This document shows, piece by piece, positions 23,503-26,070 of a stretch of 26,070 nucleotides of DNA (its first letter is position 1; each line of letters opens with the position of its first letter). The notes under the pieces are model-generated. The model saw only the letters and a list, made by a program, of their open reading frames with translations, was not told where the DNA came from and ran no database searches. The stretch spans positions 1 through 26,070 of the IMG/VR virus record IMGVR_UViG_3300037510_000137; one strand, 5' to 3'. The stretch is from a virus (taxonomy: Duplodnaviria; Caudoviricetes). The translations under genes were made by a program, and so were the position numbers.

Positions 23503-24497
23503 GAGATGACCGTCTCTCCAGTCACATCCCAGACCACAGAGTTGTCGTAAGACTCTGCGTAGTCGTGCTGGATGTTCGGTTTGATGTAGGTCACCGTATG
23601 GATTGCGATGGTGCCAGAGATGGACCGCGTACCCTTGCTGAGTCCATAGCGATTCAACGCCGTGTCGCGTGAGCGCACGTCATTCCAACCGTACACATTG
23701 ATCGACACACTCTGCGCCGCCGATCCGACCAGACCGCCGATAGCAAATTCCAATCCCAAATTATTTCCGATAGTGCGCATACCGTAGATGTTCACCGCGC
23801 GCAGTCGGTTGCCATTGCTGTTCGGTTCAAAGTCCAAGCCTGCTTTCGGGTTCGTGTCCTGCGTGAACGCGAAGCACGGCGAATACAGTTCCATGCCGCT
23901 CACGCCGATGACACTCATGCCATTGCGCCGCACGCCGCTCGATGTCGGCATGTACATGGTGATGTCGTTGCAATAGCTATTGCTTCCGCCGATGTAATAG
24001 CCATCGCCCCACGTGTTCAACACATGCGGGCGAATCAGCGTGACATCACTCGCGGCATCCATGTAGAAGCCCATGCCGAACTCGTTGTCTAGTCCACCGG
24101 GCGCCATGCCGTTCATTTCCTTGGCACCGTCGAGAATCATGCCTTCGATGGTGTAGCCAGTGCCACTCAGATAGACCATTGAGTAATCGGGCGCACTGTG
24201 CGGCCCAAGGCGCAACGCGGCGCCGGGTGCGCACATGATCCGCGTGTTGCCATTGCTCGGCACGTTGAGGCAGATGCCGTCACCGGGTAGCAGCATCCCA
24301 TACGGTTGCGTCAGGACAAGTCCCACGCTGGCACTCACGCATGAGTTGATCGCCGCCTGAAGCTGTGCGCGAGCATCGTTCTTGAAGCCCGCCAGTGCTG
24401 CCAGTGCGGTGAAATCTTGTGTGTCAACGCGATAGTTTGCCATTGCGAGAGGGGCCGAAGACCGCGCCCAGAAAGAGTTGTCGATTAGGGAAAGCAT
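23499..24497 (-). CDS. right-handed parallel beta-helix protein (pectate-lyase/depolymerase-like)
   Basis: AQLQAAIN, WGDGYYIG, RRNGMSVI and PKAGLDFEPN motifs. Confidence 0.75.
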   Translation of the reverse strand: MLSLIDNSFWARSSAPLAMANYRVDTQDFTALAALAGFKNDARAQLQAAINSCVSASVGLVLTQPYGMLLPGDGICLNVPSNGNTRIMCAPGAALRLGPHSAPDYSMVYLSGTGYTIEGMILDGAKEMNGMAPGGLDNEFGMGFYMDAASDVTLIRPHVLNTWGDGYYIGGSNSYCNDITMYMPTSSGVRRNGMSVIGVSGMELYSPCFAFTQDTNPKAGLDFEPNSNGNRLRAVNIYGMRTIGNNLGLEFAIGGLVGSAAQSVSINVYGWNDVRSRDTALNRYGLSKGTRSISGTIAIHTVTYIKPNIQHDYAESYDNSVVWDVTGETVIS

Positions 24498-24500
24498 GAT

Positions 24501-25562
24501 TTATCCCAGTTGCGTAAGCGCATCCAACGCCGAATACGCTGTCTTGCGCGTGGTGCCGTCCATTTTTACCACACCCCAATCATCCGCACTGCTGTTTCCG
24601 AACAGTGCATAGATGTTCGCTTGAATAATGTGATCGTCGTCGCGGTGGGTTAGATACTCAGTGCCCATGTTGGTGATGTAGACACCTTGCGCAGTCTCCG
24701 CATGGTTGCTACCCCACTCGCTAATGATGGTGCCAACACCCATCCGGGTCCACGCTTCTTGGAATACGTTGACAACGAACCCAGACTGGCCAGCACCGCG
24801 TGGATCACCCATTCCGTCATACCAGTGCAGGCCATGAAAATCCACCTTGCAACAAGGCCGCACAAAGCTGCCATCTCTGTTCATGCCTTTCTGAAGCATC
24901 TCGCCCATGATGTAACCACCGAACGCGGTTCCCGTGGCGAAACCGCACTTTGCATCAGGAATATTCGAACGGATGCCATCGGACATGCCCGCATTCCAAC
25001 CGCAGAACGTCTCAATACGCGCTGCGTCGAAATCAGTTCGCTGCGACCCATCGATCCACCCCACAGTCGTACCATTCGCGGTGATTGTGCGCGGCAGTCC
25101 GGTGCCGCTATCAGTGCGCACGAAGTAATCCAGTTCGTTCGATGTCTCGAACCATGTTGCGTACCCCTTCAGCGCAGAACTCACCTGTGCGCCGACGCTA
25201 TAGGCAATGGTGTATGCCATCGAGTAGCCCCATGACCATACAGGGGCATTCGTGATGACAGGCAATGGCTCTACGCCATGCTGTCTCAGGTAATTGAAGT
25301 AGGGCGCCGCGAATGCGGCAGACGAGTAATCGTGGACGTCCGTGCGATACCACCCGATGCCAAGGTCATTCGCCGTCGCCGCGTAGCTCGTGATCGTCTG
25401 CCCCGAATAGGGGAAACCCCAGTTCAGGTGGATATTGAGTCCGAACATGGAGCTAGGTAGTTCATCGCGCGCCGGGAAGGCTGGCCAGTGCGGGCCACGC
25501 ACCATCACGCCTGTTTGCTCGTCGCAATTAGCGAATGTTCCCGCCCACAAGGATAGCAACAT
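24501..25562 (-). CDS. glycoside hydrolase, clan GH-A TIM barrel (GH5/GH39-like)
   Basis: FGLNIH, LGIGWYRTD, acid/base ETSNELD, DFHGLHWY, nucleophile ISEWG and K.AYSAL. Confidence 0.75.
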   Translation of the reverse strand: MLLSLWAGTFANCDEQTGVMVRGPHWPAFPARDELPSSMFGLNIHLNWGFPYSGQTITSYAATANDLGIGWYRTDVHDYSSAAFAAPYFNYLRQHGVEPLPVITNAPVWSWGYSMAYTIAYSVGAQVSSALKGYATWFETSNELDYFVRTDSGTGLPRTITANGTTVGWIDGSQRTDFDAARIETFCGWNAGMSDGIRSNIPDAKCGFATGTAFGGYIMGEMLQKGMNRDGSFVRPCCKVDFHGLHWYDGMGDPRGAGQSGFVVNVFQEAWTRMGVGTIISEWGSNHAETAQGVYITNMGTEYLTHRDDDHIIQANIYALFGNSSADDWGVVKMDGTTRKTAYSALDALTQLG

Positions 25563-25565
25563 GAC

Positions 25566-25715
25566 TCACCTCGGATTCCACTCACGCCACTGCCAGTATG
25601 CGTCCAAAAGAGAACGGCCCCGGCAAGTGTAGCCGGAGCCGTCGCGGGCGCAACACCACCATCCACCACCGGAGCGGTAGAGGTGGGGCTTGCCGTTACG
25701 CGCTGGCAGGCGCAT
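25566..25715 (-). CDS. 49-aa Trp/Cys-rich hypothetical protein (absent from the ORF track)
   Basis: MRLPARNGKPHLYRSGGGWWCCARDGSGYTCRGRSLLDAYWQWREWNPR* fills the intergenic gap. Confidence 0.5.
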   Translation of the reverse strand: MRLPARNGKPHLYRSGGGWWCCARDGSGYTCRGRSLLDAYWQWREWNPR

Positions 25716-25998
25716 CGCCAGCAGGCGCAGCGCCGCCGTCAGCCGGAGGCGTGGTGCCCGGATCAGCCGGAGCCGGATCAGGGCGCGCGCCAGCGGTGAT
25801 CGCAGCAGCCAAAGCCTCGGCCTGAGCGTGCAGCGAGTCTTTCAGCTTCACGAGTTCAGCCGGATCAACACCACCGGTGCCGCCAGCGGCAACCAGCTTG
25901 TCAATCTTGTCGGCCAAGCCTTCGATCAGCGTCACAGCGGATTGCTCGATGCCGACAGTCGCGGCCACTTGGTCTTGCAGATCGGAAAGTTCAGACAT
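25696..25998 (-). CDS. coiled-coil hypothetical protein with Pro/Ala-rich tail
   Basis: GGAG RBS before ATG25998 (MSELSDLQDQVAA); the frame stays open upstream to the window edge, so the start is uncertain. Confidence 0.65.
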   Translation of the reverse strand: MSELSDLQDQVAATVGIEQSAVTLIEGLADKIDKLVAAGGTGGVDPAELVKLKDSLHAQAEALAAAITAGARPDPAPADPGTTPPADGGAAPAGDAPASA

Positions 25999-26070
25999 GA
26001 TGTTCTCCAGAAGGTCTACGATAAGTTGCAAGGTGGGAAAGATCGCCAGTGCGGGAATTTCACGGGGCAT

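Noticed and set aside
1-26070. tRNA, rRNA, IS elements, introns/inteins, reverse transcriptase or DGR
   Set aside because: None recognised by eye; terL, portal and capsid are uninterrupted and of normal length.

Overview
The window is part of a tailed dsDNA phage genome with podovirus-type architecture: a P22-like terminase and portal and an N4-gp56/DUF4043-like major capsid. The host is probably proteobacterial, which cannot be proven from sequence alone. From about 16.9 kb down to 1 bp (minus strand) runs a packaging and morphogenesis operon: small genes, terS, terL, portal, scaffold, four putative head-appendage genes, major capsid, decoration protein, head-tail adaptor and the start of a nozzle gene. 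Five tailoring enzymes are interleaved with these structural genes: an FkbM methyltransferase, a 2OG-Fe(II) oxygenase, a TPR-glycosyltransferase, a class I methyltransferase and a CDI/GT8-like glycosyltransferase. Together with Ser/Thr-rich structural proteins carrying repeated motifs, they suggest a phage-encoded virion glycosylation system, the main finding. Positions 16.9-17.4 kb are a hairpin-rich divergence region with an IHF consensus, possibly the genome end or packaging start. Positions 17.4-23.1 kb (plus strand) hold a cassette of small early-type genes, including a beta-clamp-like protein, DUF932 and several microproteins, with repeated hairpin+ACAGGGGAA leaders. Positions 22.7-26.07 kb (minus strand) encode a GH24 endolysin, a beta-helix protein, a clan GH-A glycoside hydrolase and small genes. 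All family assignments come from motifs recognised by eye, not from database searches.
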